Shown here: positions 39,801 to 54,800 of the stretch, piece after piece | Numbering within the stretch: position 1 is the stretch's first letter | How the letters are laid out: each line of letters begins with the position of its first letter | Assembly: GCA_964199315.1 (NCBI GenBank) | Contig: OZ116701.1 | Coordinates: 14,446,001 to 14,510,000 of the forward strand | Reading direction: 5' to 3' | Source of the DNA: Orbicella franksi | Lineage: Eukaryota | Length of the DNA: 64,000 nt | Position numbers and translations under genes: made by a program | Notes under the pieces: generated by a model | What the model was told of the DNA's origin: nothing | The model's input: only the letters and a program-made list of their open reading frames with translations | The model's database searches: none

Positions 39801-42800
39801 GCTTATGCTCATTGACAGATCTTACCCTTGCCATTGAGTGTTAAGATTCAGTAGGATTCCTTTTAGCCAATCTTCTGCCCAATTTAGGCAATCCAGTTTG
39901 CGTGGACTTTTATTGTTGCTGGGATAAAACTCCGATGGCAAGATGGCAAGATACTAGAGTAACTTCCAAGAGCATTCCATGAAAAACAGATTAAAATAGC
40001 AATCTGAATAGTCTACCTCCTTAGGGAAAGAAATTGTTTTGATCATCCATATTAGAGTTTTGGTGACTGATGTTTTAACAAGCTGAACAGAAGTCAGCTC
40101 CAGAGTCAAGAACATCACTTGGCTCCAAAGACGACTTCTGTTCTGAATACTGAAATGTCAGCTTCCAACAGCAGTCATTTTGAGGACCACTTTAACCTGA
40201 GCAATTGCACTGAAGAAGCTACGTAACTGTTTTCTTTCTATACATTGCAGACTCGCCAACAGACAGGCAGTACTGCAGATGGAACCGGTCATTGACTTAT
40301 TAGCAGGAAACGCAAATGCTGTATGGCATCAAGTAGAGCCTAGTGTTGTGATACGACTTGCAAAAGCTACTGCAGAACTTTCTTTGAATCACCTCACCCA
40401 CAAGAGGGGCATTAGTCTTCTTCCTTCCACTGATGTCCTTGCCTCAGCTCCGAATGGAGTGAGTGCTGACAAGCTGGATAATAGTGCATGGCTTCTTCAG
40501 CTACTTAGTTTAATCATCCAGATATTACAGAACTCTCCAGTGAAGCCTCTTGGCAACAACAGAAATCAAACAGTGGTAGATGTTATTGCTGAAAGTAATC
40601 AAGGACAGAATTCCACTGAATTGCAAGGTGTGCCAACCAATGGTAGCAGCAGCAGTTCAACATCAGTCACTTTGACTGATAAATTGGTAACTGAGAAAGA
40701 GTTACTCCTGTGTCTGTTGGAATGCCTCAATCAATGTTCTACTGATAAACAAGGAGTGCTAGGCTCAGAAGCTTCCATTTCCCAGGACAAATTGTCAGCT
40801 GATGGGAAGATCTCTGGGAAGGCCACTTCAGTTGAAGATGGAGTCTTGCAACTTTTGTGTGTTATTCAAAACCAAGTTGCTGACCTTGAGGTATTAGTTG
40901 ATGGAGTCCTGGCATATCTCCAGACATCCACAATAGATGATGTAGAGTTATCTTCAACATCTGTTAGGCATCTATCAGACGCTCTGCTTTGGTTTTTGTT
41001 CAAACTTTTTGGTTCCTCTCAAGCTGTGACTCAGTTTTACGAAAAGGGTGAGTTTTATTTAAATTATGTATTCCTGAGTGAGTTTGTAAACTATGGACAT
41101 GGAGTGGTGAAAACGTTGTCACCCACTGCAAGTATTACACCTGCACTATTGCTAACCTGTCAGTTGCTACTGACTGAAGTATTTGCAAATCAAATCTTGG
41201 CTCTGGATAGTGAATCTCATGAAGATTTTCTAAGAATTTCCCAGTTGGAGCATAATAACCCATATTCCTATTCTTGGTATTAAACTGGAACTGTCTTGCA
41301 GCAAGAGTGTGCATGAATTTAAATTTCCAGGAAGTCAGGGCACCTTTAAAAGAAATTATTTATTTTCAATATGCACGCCTCGTCAGGTGTAGATAAAGTG
41401 GATAGCAGTATTTGTAGCCATGGGGAAGGTTTTACATGTATTATTCATTCACTTAGGTGGTCTTGACATTGTGTGTAAGGCAATTGTAGCAGGGCAGGCA
41501 ACTTCCCTGGACCATACATCCCATGGTCTTCTCTCTGTTATGCAAGAGTTGACAAGTAGGGCTAGCAGGAGTGAACCCAGCAGCGGTTTAACAGCTACTG
41601 GAGAGAACGATTGGACCAAACGAATGATCAACTTTGCCCCATATGGTCAGTTCTTGCATTTTTTTTTCTTGGTTCTTGGTTTTTATAGTCTGAACAGATG
41701 TGCATGTTGCATTCAACTTATGGTGATTCTATGTTTGTGAAAGGAATTTTTCGCATTGTTGTTTGTCCTCTGTTTTGCAGGAAGTATTCACTGCACTTCC
41801 TCGCCCAGGCATCCTCCTGATGCCCTGTTGAAAGCCACAGCTCAGCATCGTCGTGCTCGGTCTGCAGCATGGTCATTCAGATTTCCTGCCAATGAGGAAT
41901 GGTGTGAGTTGGTTGTTAGTCTTCCCACAGCCATCTTGTTACATGAGGTGCACATTCAGCCACATTCCACGGGCCTTTCAAGTAAGTGCTCATCTTGTTT
42001 ATTTGCCTGCTTTGGGATTCCATACTCCATGTAACTGATGTCACTCACACTATACAACTGTTTAATTAAAACACTTTCTGTGGTGCCTTTGTTGTCCAAA
42101 TTTGTGGGGCTTGACTGTTCTAACAATTGTACGATTTTGATTTCTGAATAAAGAAACCTGGTTTTGAGCTTTGCATCGTTGTGACATGTTCTAGGGTAGG
42201 ACACCTTACCCTACACTGTTCCTCTTGACCTAGAATATAAAATGGGTACTAGTGATCCTTGGGAAATTCCATTGGAGTAGGAGCCCATTCACGGGGACTA
42301 GTGATGCTCCTAGTCGCCTCATCCTACGGATACTGGGATGAGATCATGCCTTGTTGGCCAGTGGCCCATGCGCAACTTAAGTTTAAGCTTTACATTGCAA
42401 AGTTACTAGCCCAGTTACTAGGGATTTTTAACCCAAGTTCCCTAAACCCGATGTGGGTAATACCTACAAATGCATTTCGATTTACAAAGTTTCTAGCCTG
42501 TTGGCTGTTGATTTAGGTGATATGTATCCCTTAAGCCGTAGTCTCTTTTTTGTACTCAGAGTAAAGCTTCTCGTTACTATCTTTTCAGCATGCCCGTCAC
42601 ATGTGTCACTTGATATCAGTAATGATAGTCACGTCCTTGTTCCCGTTTGTGAACCAGTTCTCACCACTGGAATTACAGTTATCAAGCTTAAACTTGAACA
42701 AACTCAAGTAGCCCAGGTAGGATATCTTTTTCTATGTTGACGTCTTAGTCGTTTTCCTTTAACAATTGTATCGCTAAATGGAGGTTGGATGCCTGAGACA

Positions 42801-45800
42801 TCCTGCAGCTTCCCCTATTGGTAGCCAGCTTCTAGATGGAGATGCTCCCATGGCTGGCAAATCCAGCCATGTTTCTAATCTCTTGTACATTTCTATTTTT
42901 ATCCTCTGCAGCATGTCCACATTCACTGTCATTGTCCACGGGACTCTCGTGTCTTGGGGCTGTCACAGATCAAGGTCATGGGAACATCACTGCATGGATC
43001 TCAGAGCTTAGTGAACCAAGAACTCCAAACCTTGAAGGGTCAAGCAGTTAGGTAAACACAAAGAAATACCTGAATGTTTAAAAGGGGATTTTACATGTGA
43101 AGTAAATAACAATATTACTGGGCTCAAGATCGACACTTTTCCTTACAGCTTTCTAATTTTCTTTTTGGTAACTTAGTTTTACAGTCAAAATGGTTAGTGC
43201 CGTCATTATATTCACTTGCTAACTATGAGCAATTGTGGGATCACATAGAAAAGTACCTGTGCCTACATGCAGTTGTGTTTAAGAACGTTTGGAGAGATTT
43301 GATGCTTACTCGACATGTTTGTCTGGATTTCGAAGTCTCTCATGGGAATAAAGAAACAATGGAAACTACACAGATTTGTCATTTTGTGCTTCAGCTACCT
43401 TAGCATTGATGTATTAGACATAATCCATTACCAGCTTCTGTCAATCAGCATGACATATAAATGATATGAAGGGCACGAACGGGTGCAGACATTCATAAGT
43501 ATATTCTGACCTGGAGTGCCGTGTCCTGACAATAAATTGTAACAGTCATTACAACAATTCATCAATACAGTTACTGACAGAAAATCAATCACTTCTGGGA
43601 GTGAGATTTATTTCCTTTGACTTTTTGTTCTGGTATGAAATGAAGCCCTTATCTGCCCTACCAGTCTATTAATATGAATACCTGATTTTTACGTTCATTT
43701 TAAAAAAAGAAAAAAAGCCCGTTTCATCCGCCTGAATAGCAAATGAAACTCTAGCTTGTGAGAGCAAGTCATATTCTAAAGCAAGTCGTGGTGTTTTCCT
43801 CAGTCTTGGTTGGATTCAGTTACTGGGTCAGTGCCTCTCCCAAGGAGCCAACTTGTATCAGGAGACAAAGGATCCCTCAACACTGCTCTCAGATGTATTT
43901 AGCACTTGTGTCAGGTTGCTGTTATCACCACAAAGGTAAAGTCTCACTCCAGTGTTTGCAAAAAGTGGTGGGATTTGTAGTTGGGGTACCAGATCTCCCT
44001 GCTGATGCATTTTTCGTGGCCTTCGCTCTATTTCATAAAACACCAGTGAACTGCTTTCGCAATCTACCTGGATGATGGCAGTCTTAATTTGTACCAAAGG
44101 GATTGTAGAGATTGATAAGTGTCATGGACAAAGAAAGTAATCCTTTTCTTTGAGATTTAAAACAGAAGATGTGGTTCCGTTCTTTTTCAGCTACAGTTCC
44201 GATAAGTTAATGTGCAATCCTAGGTATTAAAAATTGGTGTTATCAAAGTGTTCTTTATCTGCACCTGCAGTCAATTAGTCTTGGATCACTGAAAATCTGA
44301 ATTTTGCAATTGCGCTACTGAGTTTAGTCCCATCACAGATTTGTCTCTTTGATTTCTTATCTTCTCAGTGAAGGATGGTCTGCTTGTCTAGAACTGGTGC
44401 TCATGAAGTTATCCGTGCAGTTTCCAGAGCTGGGGACGATGTTAATTAAGCAGCTTCTTAAATGTCCAAGTGACAAGGAAAGAATGAGAGGACCAGTTGT
44501 GAACGTAGCCACAGTGGAACTAATCTATCAACTTGGGAAGAAACAGGATTCTTCGTATCAAGACAGGTATCGCCAGAGGTGTTATAACTGTTTTTACAAT
44601 GACTGTCTAATTTCTCGCGCGCTGATTGGCTCATTTTTATCATCAATAAGAGTACAGACGGTTAAAATTTTAATATATGCAAGCTTTCACGTTCAACGTT
44701 CAGTTGTCAAACTATCAACTTTTTACTCAATGAGACTTTTTTAAGCAGCCAATCAAAAAGCAAGAAAAGCTATTGACAATGTTCGCGTCATTTTGAATAA
44801 AATTCACTTATCTTTGTTTACGGCAAGTTTATGACATCTTTTCCCCTCATTTATGCTCGGCATTTGACCATTTTGGGGTCTTGCTATTGTAAAAACCAAA
44901 TTGACGTCAGTTTTTTATGCGTCTGTCCTCTTGTTGATGATAAATTTCGTCGTGGTTCCACAGCCACTTTGACAACGTTATGACGCAATTTATCATCAAT
45001 AAGAGGATAGACACATAAAAAACTGACATCAATTTGTTAATTCGCCATTGAGCTAAGCTGACTGTTGATACTTTGTTGGATTAAAGTTGTTTTGGTGTAG
45101 ACGTGATGCCATGTAGATTATTAATAGTGTATTCCATCAAGACATTTCTGATTTAGGACGTAACGTGCACTCCTTCCAATTGTTGCTACACCTCGCTATA
45201 ATTACCATAGGTAGAATCGGGTATTTTACTAGGATGTAGTGAATTTTTTTCAGGCTTTATTTGTCCACTGAAAATAGTTTAGGTAACCAAAGCATGTTCG
45301 TCTCTTTGCAAAGTGTCGTGTCATCTTTTAAATTAATTGCAATCCTTGTTCTTGTTCAAAAAGGCACAATGATTTTCACTGTGTTGACTAGTGAGGAGGT
45401 CAATCTCCATATATTTGTAATTGAAGCTTTTCCTTGTTTTGCAGGTTGTCAGTTATGTCATCTTGGTTAGGATCCATATGCAATTCATCAGCCTCGATAC
45501 AGACGGCACCCGGTCACATCCAGGCTATAGCTGCAGTCATCTGGCATGCAAAGGAAACCGATTCAGAATCTACTGTTAGTCAACATTTTTCAGAAGGGCT
45601 CTTTAGGTGCGTTCCAGTTCGATTTTGCAGTGATGAAAAACATACCACTTGTTCAATTGTGTTTAAGACATTTTCTTTATGTAATGCAACTAAGAACTTA
45701 TACTATGTTACCAACGATAAGGAAATCTACCTACGCTATTTAAACCCTTTTGCCATAGTTTCTGTGATGATATTGCCATATTCAAATTGCTGATTTAAAT

Positions 45801-48800
45801 TGGGTATGGCTATTCTTCTTATGTTGTCTTCTTTCGACAAGATATACTTCTCTTGCAGTCTCTCCTCTCAGAAAGGAGTACAGGTAGAAGAAATGGGATA
45901 GATAAATAATTTTGTGGAATAATGGGCTTAACGAGTAATAGCTGTGACGCTGCGTGATTGTTTATTCGTGTTGCTCTTGAACTTTCCCTTTTTAGGTCTC
46001 TCTATGATTGGTCACAAAATATATCCGACCAGGATACTGTGAAACAAAGCATTGACCACCTCATAGGAGCTCTTTCATTTATTTGTCCAACGTATTATGA
46101 AGTGCTTTTAGAGTTGACTGGAACAAGGGAAGTGCTCAACCACCATCGCAAAAAAAGCGCTGATGCTGGTGGAACATTATCAAGCCTTTTGTCTTCCCCA
46201 TCACGGCTTGCAACACTTGCAACAGCAAGCCAATCTGACGTTACAAGTCAAATACTTCTGAATTCTGGTTTACTTGAACTGATGGTGCAAGGTATCGTGG
46301 ACTTTTGTCACTCAGCTTGTCATTCACAAGATCTAGGCAAAGATGTATCTTCAAGTATAAGTCAGAAAAGTCTCTCCCAGAAGAGAAACTGTGTGCCCAT
46401 TAATCATCTTCAACACCTTTTAAGTTTTCTGACATGTTGTTGCAAGGAGCCAGCCATCAAGGATTGGATGGGCGAAGGCGGCTACCAGTTTTGGTTTCTG
46501 CTTCTGTCTAAGCTCTGTGCAGGACCAGGCGTTTACACCAGCTCACTATTTAGCACACCAGGCATAGCATCTTCCATTTCTAGATACACCAGTTTTGCTG
46601 TGGAGACTGCGACAGTGGAACTTTTATGCAACTGTGTTCATTTCCATCCCAAGAATCAAGAGAAAATGGCGTGCCTCCTGGTTGAGACCATTGGAGGGCA
46701 CCCCTCATCGAATGCATCTGATTTGTCATCGAAACCCAAGGTTACCTCACATGTCAGTGGCTTCATACGACAGTTGATCTTACAGATGTTGCTGGAGGAG
46801 GAAACCATTCCTATTTGTTTGCATATTGAGAATGATTTGAATTTACAGACGTTTAAAGGATTTGATTTCTTTCACAAGCAAGGTTGGCATCCTCGCTTTG
46901 GTGCAGGACACTCATTTATGTTACTCACTGCTAAGTTGTCCTCCAGTCTTGAGAATCTTAGTGAACAAATTTTACTTCCAAAACCAGACAAACCAGTCGA
47001 GACACCCCCGGAGGAAAAGGTTACCAAGCATCCAATGGAAGGGATAGCTGACCCAAGTGATTTTGGCTATGAAGGATTCGAATTCCTGGAATCAGTTAGT
47101 CTTGCTGCAGGATTGAACGTGAAAAGCAAGAGAGCTGAAAAGAATGAATCGTCAGCAACAAAGGAAAATAATCCTGCTACTGTTCGGAATCAAAATCAGA
47201 GACATAACTTGTCATGCTCGTTTTACCATGAGCTGGTCGGCGATGTGCCACAAACTGTGACTTTGGCTCAATTGCTGCAGACTCTAATGAACAGAGGCTT
47301 ACCTTGTGGAAGCTCTTATATTGAACTTACCGGTAAAACACAGGGCGAAGGGAGTCTACAGAACGGATTTTCGAATGCTACACCATTGTTGAGCCCCCTT
47401 GATGTGTTTGCAAAGCATGATGGACTTGCCCAGTTGTCAGTGCATTTACCTTGCCACATCATCATGCCTTCTTCTCTGACCCCTGATACTGAAGGTGGAG
47501 GCACTGAGGCAGACAACACTGAGGACCGGTTACCCTCATACCCAACCCAGCTTCCACTGCCCTTGGTCTCTCTACCTGCTTCAGTCCTTAGCACAGTTCC
47601 AGCACATTCGCTGGTAGCATTTGGTTTGTTCATTCGTCTTCCTGGGTATTACGAAGTGCTGCTTCAGGATCATTTGAGAGCTCGCTATCTTTTGAGGTTG
47701 CTCCTGGGTGCCAAACAAGATGGCGATGGAGGTAGGAATGACTGATGTCTTTTTGACAGTATATAAGTAAATCAAGAAACGCCTGTGTACGAGCAGATAT
47801 TTAGATCACTCATATTGTAAGGCATTCTGCTATTGTAGTAAATGGTCAGTCAAACCCTCGGTGTAGATACTGATTACATGCAAGAGCCACAGACAGGTGG
47901 AAGAAAGGCACACAAAAAAAGCCCTCTTTGTTAGTTTTAAGTCCTAATACCTGGCTTGCTGGAGCCAGTAAGCCAGTGACGTGTTTTAGGACCTTTTAGT
48001 CTACTAACCTAGAAAAAAAGAGACAATTAGTGTCACGCTACCAGATAAAACTTATGCTGTACCTTCAAAGTTCATGGGTGCTCTTCTTACTTGTCCAGAA
48101 CTGCAACATATAGGATAGAAAAATGACATAAATATGTTAGGCTTGGCCTCCGAATATTGCCCAACAGTAGTATATCCAGAATATTACAAAGAATACAAAA
48201 TGAACTGGACATATAGTCGATATGTAGAGATCAAACCACTTTTTTATTAAACTGATTTACTTAAAGAGGTACGATCAAGCTTGCGCGGGCATCAAGCCGT
48301 GAAACCATCCCTTTAACATAATATTTCAGGACCAACGACCATTTGACATGAACATCGCTTACCATTCTAACAAGGTGATTGTGTTTTTCTTTTTTCCAGA
48401 AGCTATCTTGTCATCGCCAGTAGCCAGCAGTCTGTCGACATTACCATTCCGGGTACTACGCACCTTGTTCCAAGTCAGCGAACTTGTGTCACAGGAAGGT
48501 GTAGCAGTGCATAGGGCAGCCGTGGAAGTTGGTGCCATCCAGATGGTGTTACTGTGTCTTGCCGTGCTAAGTCATCACAAGCCTCGAGCTACTAGCCACT
48601 CTCACAAACTGGCCTTACAAGCTCTGTCTGCATTGACTGGAAGGTACTGTGAAAACTTGAAGATATGCTGCATCGTTTCACCAAAATCGTTTTTTCAAGT
48701 CGGGCTGCACCTTAGCTAGGTTGTATATAAAAACTACAAGGAGTAATCATTTTGCCAGAACTGGTCATTGCTTTATAAACCTAGACAAGACTAACTATTA

Positions 48801-51800
48801 GATAAGTAATCGTATTAACTATTAGATAGGTAATCGTAGTTAGGTGTCTCCAATTAGTATACATTGTTTGCTAGCGACTTGGACACGTTAATAAAGTTCT
48901 TATCTTATCTTTATCTTTAAGAAGTAACACTGCAGATTTTGTATTTCATTTCATACAAACTCTTCATGATCAGTACATAAGGTGTAACGTTTTGAGTGGG
49001 GGTAATTGCAAATTGATGTTTCAAATAGGTGGGGAGGTGGAGAGAGCGAGATTGGAGGTGGTTAATAGAGATTCTAACAGAACAAAATAGCTGTGATTAC
49101 TAGGAGGAAAAATGGGGTCACGATTTTACTCTGAAAGTAGTTTTTTTCCTGTTGCAAGCAGATGGATTTTGTATCGTTAGAGTTCCGCATAAGCATGCAT
49201 GATAATCACAACTGTTAAGATAATGTTACTCTAGAATATGACACATGAAATATAGAGAAGCCCCGATGTATACAGCACAGGCACAGTACTATGACATTAT
49301 GCACCGCTACTTTCACAACCACTTGTAGTTCTCATGTGAATCTGTCTTACTCCAGCGTGTGTCGTGACAATGATATTGGAGCGGGCAATGAGAGGAGCTA
49401 CTGGGCCAAAGGAACTGGTTTTGGTACAGGTTCCACATCGTCTGGCTGGGACGTCGAGCAAGCTATGTTGAAACAGAAGGCCGAAGAGGAACATGTGACG
49501 TGTCTTCTGCAGGTGAGTGGACTTGAACGTACCACAAGAGAGCTTCATACAAACCATCTCCTTATGTTAATGTCAAGGTGTCGCCAATTTAAGCTCACCA
49601 CCACCTGGTCGGGCACCAATGTGCAGCCAGCGGTCATGGTTAGACAAACTCTCAGGCGCTGTCTGGTAATTGATTGTAAAGCCGAATGGTTTTTAGTGTA
49701 TTATTTACAATTATTTCACTTCAGTCATTTTGAGTCAGTAATTAATTGTGTCCGTGACTCCAGTTGAAGGCATCTCTCTGTAGTATTCTTCCTCCCCAAG
49801 CCTTGATTGTCGCTCGCACTGTATTTACCCTGGGAAAGGTTAAGGGTACTTTGTATTATGTTTCTTAGCCTAATATTGTCAGTCGATCAAAGGAGTAGGA
49901 GTATATAGGAATTATACTCCCTGAATATATTCCTTTTTCGAGCATTTGGGCTCAACAGGCTTTTGGCAACCTTTGGTTTCTGTTGCATAAAGTGACTACA
50001 GGTATCGCAGAGGATTCCGTCTGAATGGGATTATGACCTATTGCAGGTCCCCTAGCACTACGGTAGGTTTGCGCAGTAAGTTGGCAATACAGTTAAAATT
50101 CCTGACTGGAAAGATTCAGTGTAACACAGTCTGTGAGTAATGTATCTTGCGCAAGGCTCACCACAAGTTTTCGTTCAAGTGCGACACAATGGACGAACAC
50201 CTGGCCAGGTCAGAGGGTTCAGCTGACAAGAGCTTGCATAATTATATGACCACTGAGTAAAAAATGCCTCTCTCTTGACATGTGATTGTGTTCTAGGTCC
50301 TTGCCAGCTACATCAAGCCTTTTGGACAACAGAGCGACTCGCACAAGGCACCAGTTACCGATTATTCCCAATCAAGCACTGATGGGACCCACCCCCTTGT
50401 TGTAGTGCTACTGGAGCTATTGGAGGAATCGTGCCTGATTCCTGCTCTCTCATCCTACTTAAGGAATGACTCCGGTATTTATCCTTACGTATAACTTAAG
50501 CAGTTTGATGAAAACGTTTTTTAAATTTCTGATTCAGTTTTACTTCCAGCTGTTGTAAACCTACAACTTTGTTTCGATTTGGTAGAACTCACATGTTCCG
50601 TACCTGTAATAATACAGCAATCTTTGTGTTTACTGGTATTGGAAGTTTTTATTTAACTTTTTGCTCAGTAATAAAACACATTTAACTTCAACATCAGAAT
50701 GTGTTATCTACGAACCTCTTTCATATTCATTGGTCCCTTTCTTATGTTAAATTCATATTTATGAAAGGTGAAGTACAATTTGAAGGATCATTACTTTACG
50801 AAGTTTGCGGAAAGGACCATTACATCGCTTTTCGTTAGGCTTTGGTAAATGAAGAAATTCTCAAACGTGCCATACAAATTGCGGTTTTCAAAATATACGG
50901 TTAAATTGTTGGTTTAGTCTTAAATACAGGGGTAGCGAGCATTGAATGTAACGTCACACCATTTGGCTCCTTCTCTTGCTAGTTCTGGACATGGCCCGCC
51001 ATGTTCCTCTGTACCAGGCTGTACTCGAAGTCCTCCGAGCGGTTGCTTTGTGCCCAGTCCTTTTACCTTTGTTACTTCCCCGTTCAAGTGGATACTCCCC
51101 GAACCAACAAGAAAGAGCTTCAAAAGAGGCACCTTCTATAGTCAGCCTTTTGGACAAGATGAAGCAGTGTGTGGACACTTACTCTAAAACTTTACGGTAA
51201 GATCTTTTCATCTCTTTAAAAAATATATATATATACCGGTAGGCCTTGAAATCTCTTTGACCAAATAGACCTTTCCCGTTCCACTTCAGTGCGTACGAAC
51301 ATTAGTACCAGAGCGAGGTTGCGGAAGACATTTGCATACATTTGCTGTATTTATGTCATCCCAGACCTTGACTCGGCACCATTGTTTGTTGGAAGGCGGG
51401 AAAAGTCTGTTGAAGCAGGTGATCCGTGCTTTCGTGTAGTACTGTTTGGAATGCTGTACTTGGTAGTACTAACTTAAGGTCTATGGATTAAATCGAAGTT
51501 TGTGACCATTCAAATGAAAACCTGTACAACGTTATTCTAACTTTTAAGTTTGTGAATGAAACCCTTGCGTGTGACCATTGAAATAAAGTATTGAGCTGTT
51601 GTTTCATGTGGTGCTGTTAATTTTGCTGTACGAGATAGTCCTAAGTTACGTCTGTGGATGTAACGCCAGAGTGTGACTAATAATATAATATTTCTAGTAA
51701 TTATTTTAAGCATGTCTGCTAGGAAACGTCTACTAAGCGGTCTAGTTTAATTTAACGAGAGAAACTTTCAAAGAGAATCTATTACATTAGAAGATGGTCT

Positions 51801-54800
51801 TAATTTGTTATGTAGCTGAGATTTCGTCAGAAAATGAGTATGTCACTTTCCACATTCATCACAAGTTGGACAGAAGGGCTTAATGTTGCCATGGTAAATG
51901 TTGAGAAAAGATAAACAGTGCTGACTATTTGGTCTTGTGTGTTGTCAATCAGGTCAACTCAAGGTAAAAAAGAAGATTCTCCTGTTCCAAACAACTCAGG
52001 TGGACCAAGTACCACTGCACAACCAAGTACCTCGACAGGATCAAGTAGCACAGCAGGGGCGCCAAGTACTACAGCAGAATCAGGTACCTCAGCTGGAACT
52101 AGTACGTCAGGGGTACCACGTGCTAGTTCATCAGGTCAGGGTGCGACAGAAGACAAGAAGGACCAGGAAGCGGAAGGACTCGCACAGCTCATACCTGACA
52201 TCCAGGAAACAGCCAAGCTGATGCAGAAGGTGGTGCACCAATTCCACCAACAGCAGCAGCAGCACGCCAGCTGTAGCAAGATGACAGAAGGAGACGGAAA
52301 TAAACCCGCGGAGGAGGCTGCTTCTCTCTCTGCTGAGGAGAGGTACTTGGCCAAAATGAAATCACTGCAGTTTGGTGAGTGTCGACCATAGCAATTGATA
52401 TCCTGAAATGCCAGTCGCCTGCGAGGCAAGTGACATTCGGTCTGTGATTAGGTTTACTAACTCTTCGGTTGAGTTTTAAAAATGCTGTTGGCATTAAACG
52501 CAAGGGTTTCTTTCAGTATTTTCCTCCCTGTCCTGTCCTCCCTTTGCACCTACAGTTCCCTAAATGCAGTCCTACCGTTATGCTGCTGTTGTCAATTGTA
52601 TTGTTGGAGGTAGTTTAAGTATGTTTGGAAGACTGTCTTACTAATGTCATATTATACATCTACTTCTGGTAGTCCTTTACGTTGTACCACCTTCCTGTAG
52701 AAGTCCCATAACTTCCAGTTGCAAAGGTCTTATTGACGGCTATCGACTGATTTGGGCCTGGGTGTCCTCCGCCCTGACTTTAAAATGTCTGGCCAGGTGG
52801 AATTGCTCCGACGGAAGTTTTTATGCCTGCTTTGTTTTCTTCTAATTCTAGGACCAAATCAAAATGATTAATAACTTGAGTTTTGCTCGTTAATATGCGT
52901 CTGGTAGAGCATGTCTGTGTTTCGTCTAGAGTCCTAATTTGTTCACTGTTCAATGTATACAGGCACTCACAGAATTGTGATAGAGAAAGATGACGGAAAA
53001 CTGGAGTTTGATTCTGGTGGCTACCACTTTGCGTCTTCAATACGTTCAGCGGCTACTGGTGGTGGCAGTGGAGGCATGGTTCGAGCCAGGCGATTGGCGC
53101 AGGAAGTGTCGTCACTTGCTACTTCACTTCCGCTCTCTAGCAGCTCGAGTGTGTTTGTTCGCTGTGATAAAGAGCGATTGGATGTCATGAAGGTATTCAC
53201 GAATCTTTGTATTATTTCTATTATATTTGACACTGCCTTAATTTGGGGCGAATCTCAGGTGTCTCTTGCGGAGAAAAGCAGAGTTCTTGACAAGAACAGT
53301 CTGTTTCATTGGGTTTGCCTAAGTGGGCCATTGGAACAGGGCTTTGAAATTAGCCAGCCTCGTTAAGAAAATGAGATTTGAGTTCACCGGTGGGTGATAG
53401 AGATTGGAAACTGGTTAACATGATATCAAAAACGTTACGTATGATACAACTTTATAATCGCCTCTTCTCCAAAGTCTGATCATTATTTATAAAACTGTAA
53501 CATGATCATTTTAATGAGCATGCAGGCAAATCCTCCGAAGGAAAAAAAGGTGGCGGCTGTACATTTTACCACAATACCATGCGAGCTTTACGCGGACCAT
53601 AAAGAACAAGGAAAGCTATAATTTTTTGCAATAATTGTCCCTGTGTTAGCGGCATTACGTATGGTAGGTTTGAGGATTTTAGAACTTTTTTTGTACATTT
53701 TTGCGAGCGATCAAGTTTTTGTGCGCTACTAACTACTGCTACGTACCAATGTACCAGTCGCCATCTTTTTTCCTACGGAGGATTCTACTGGCTTCATAGT
53801 TTTCATAGTGTAGGCTGACAGTCTAAGGCTCTTCTGTTTGTTCATTAGGTTCTTATTACAGGTCCATCAGACACTCCTTACGCGAACGGGTGTTTCGAGT
53901 TTGATGTGTATTTTCCGCAGAACTATCCGGAGTCTCCAATGTACATCAACTTTGAGACAACTGGTCATCACAGCATTCGATTCAATCCAAACCTCTACAA
54001 TGATGGAAAGGTAAGAAACTGTCTCCACCTGCTTCATTATCACTCCTATTTGCAATTTAGCAAAGGTTTTAGAAAATAACGCCACAATTAATTTTGAATG
54101 AAAATCAGTCCAGTTCTGTAACGTGATATGAAAAGATCATCTTCCATGTGCCATTCATGTTTCGTAACTAAGGCACCTAATATATTGTGATAATATGACT
54201 GAGTGGAGTGCAATTCAGGCGGTTATGGTGCAATTGATTGACAAAATGAGACGACCGCGAATCGGAATGTCATTGGCATATATTGTGGAAAATCCCCTTA
54301 ATGCTAAGAAAAAGGTAGCAGTGATAAATACTCGTTCCGTAGATGTAGTGACTTACTGCAAACCATTGGTATGTTATAAATTTCCTTACCGTTTGAAAAG
54401 AAATCTGATGAAAATACATAAGTTTTAGCTGAGCTTATTGCGATGTTTTATAAACAGGTGTGCCTTAGTATTTTGAACACATGGCACGGCAGACCAGAGG
54501 AGAAATGGAATCCACAGAATTCGAGCTTCCTTCAGGTAAACAATTGTGCTTTTCCCAGCTCCTGGTTTAAAAGCTCTTTTAGGTAGAAAAATTATTTGTT
54601 TATTTATGTCCTTGGTATGAGGGTTATTTTCCCTGGAGCCATTTTTACCAAGCTTTTCTAAAAGAAAAGGTTTCCCTGCTTACTGAGCTAATAATTGACC
54701 CTCGCTGTCTTAACTGTGAGGGCCAATTATTGGCAGGCACTTAAGGGTGTATGCCTTGTATGCTAAACCTGACAACAACAACAACAACAACAACAGCAGC

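Noticed and set aside
42778-42870. [19 protein letters not shown] as the exon after VAQ
   Set aside because: The exon at 42912-43051 ([15 protein letters not shown]) matches the conserved motif much better and has proper splice sites and phase.
51500-51670. Spaced GTGACCATT repeats resembling a CRISPR or regulatory array
   Set aside because: Only 2-3 degenerate units with related spacers; a satellite remnant in a eukaryotic intron.
24876-52503. Antisense and alternate-frame ORFs of 60-174 aa overlapping large BIRC6 exons
   Set aside because: Expected shadows of long coding exons; no independent motifs.
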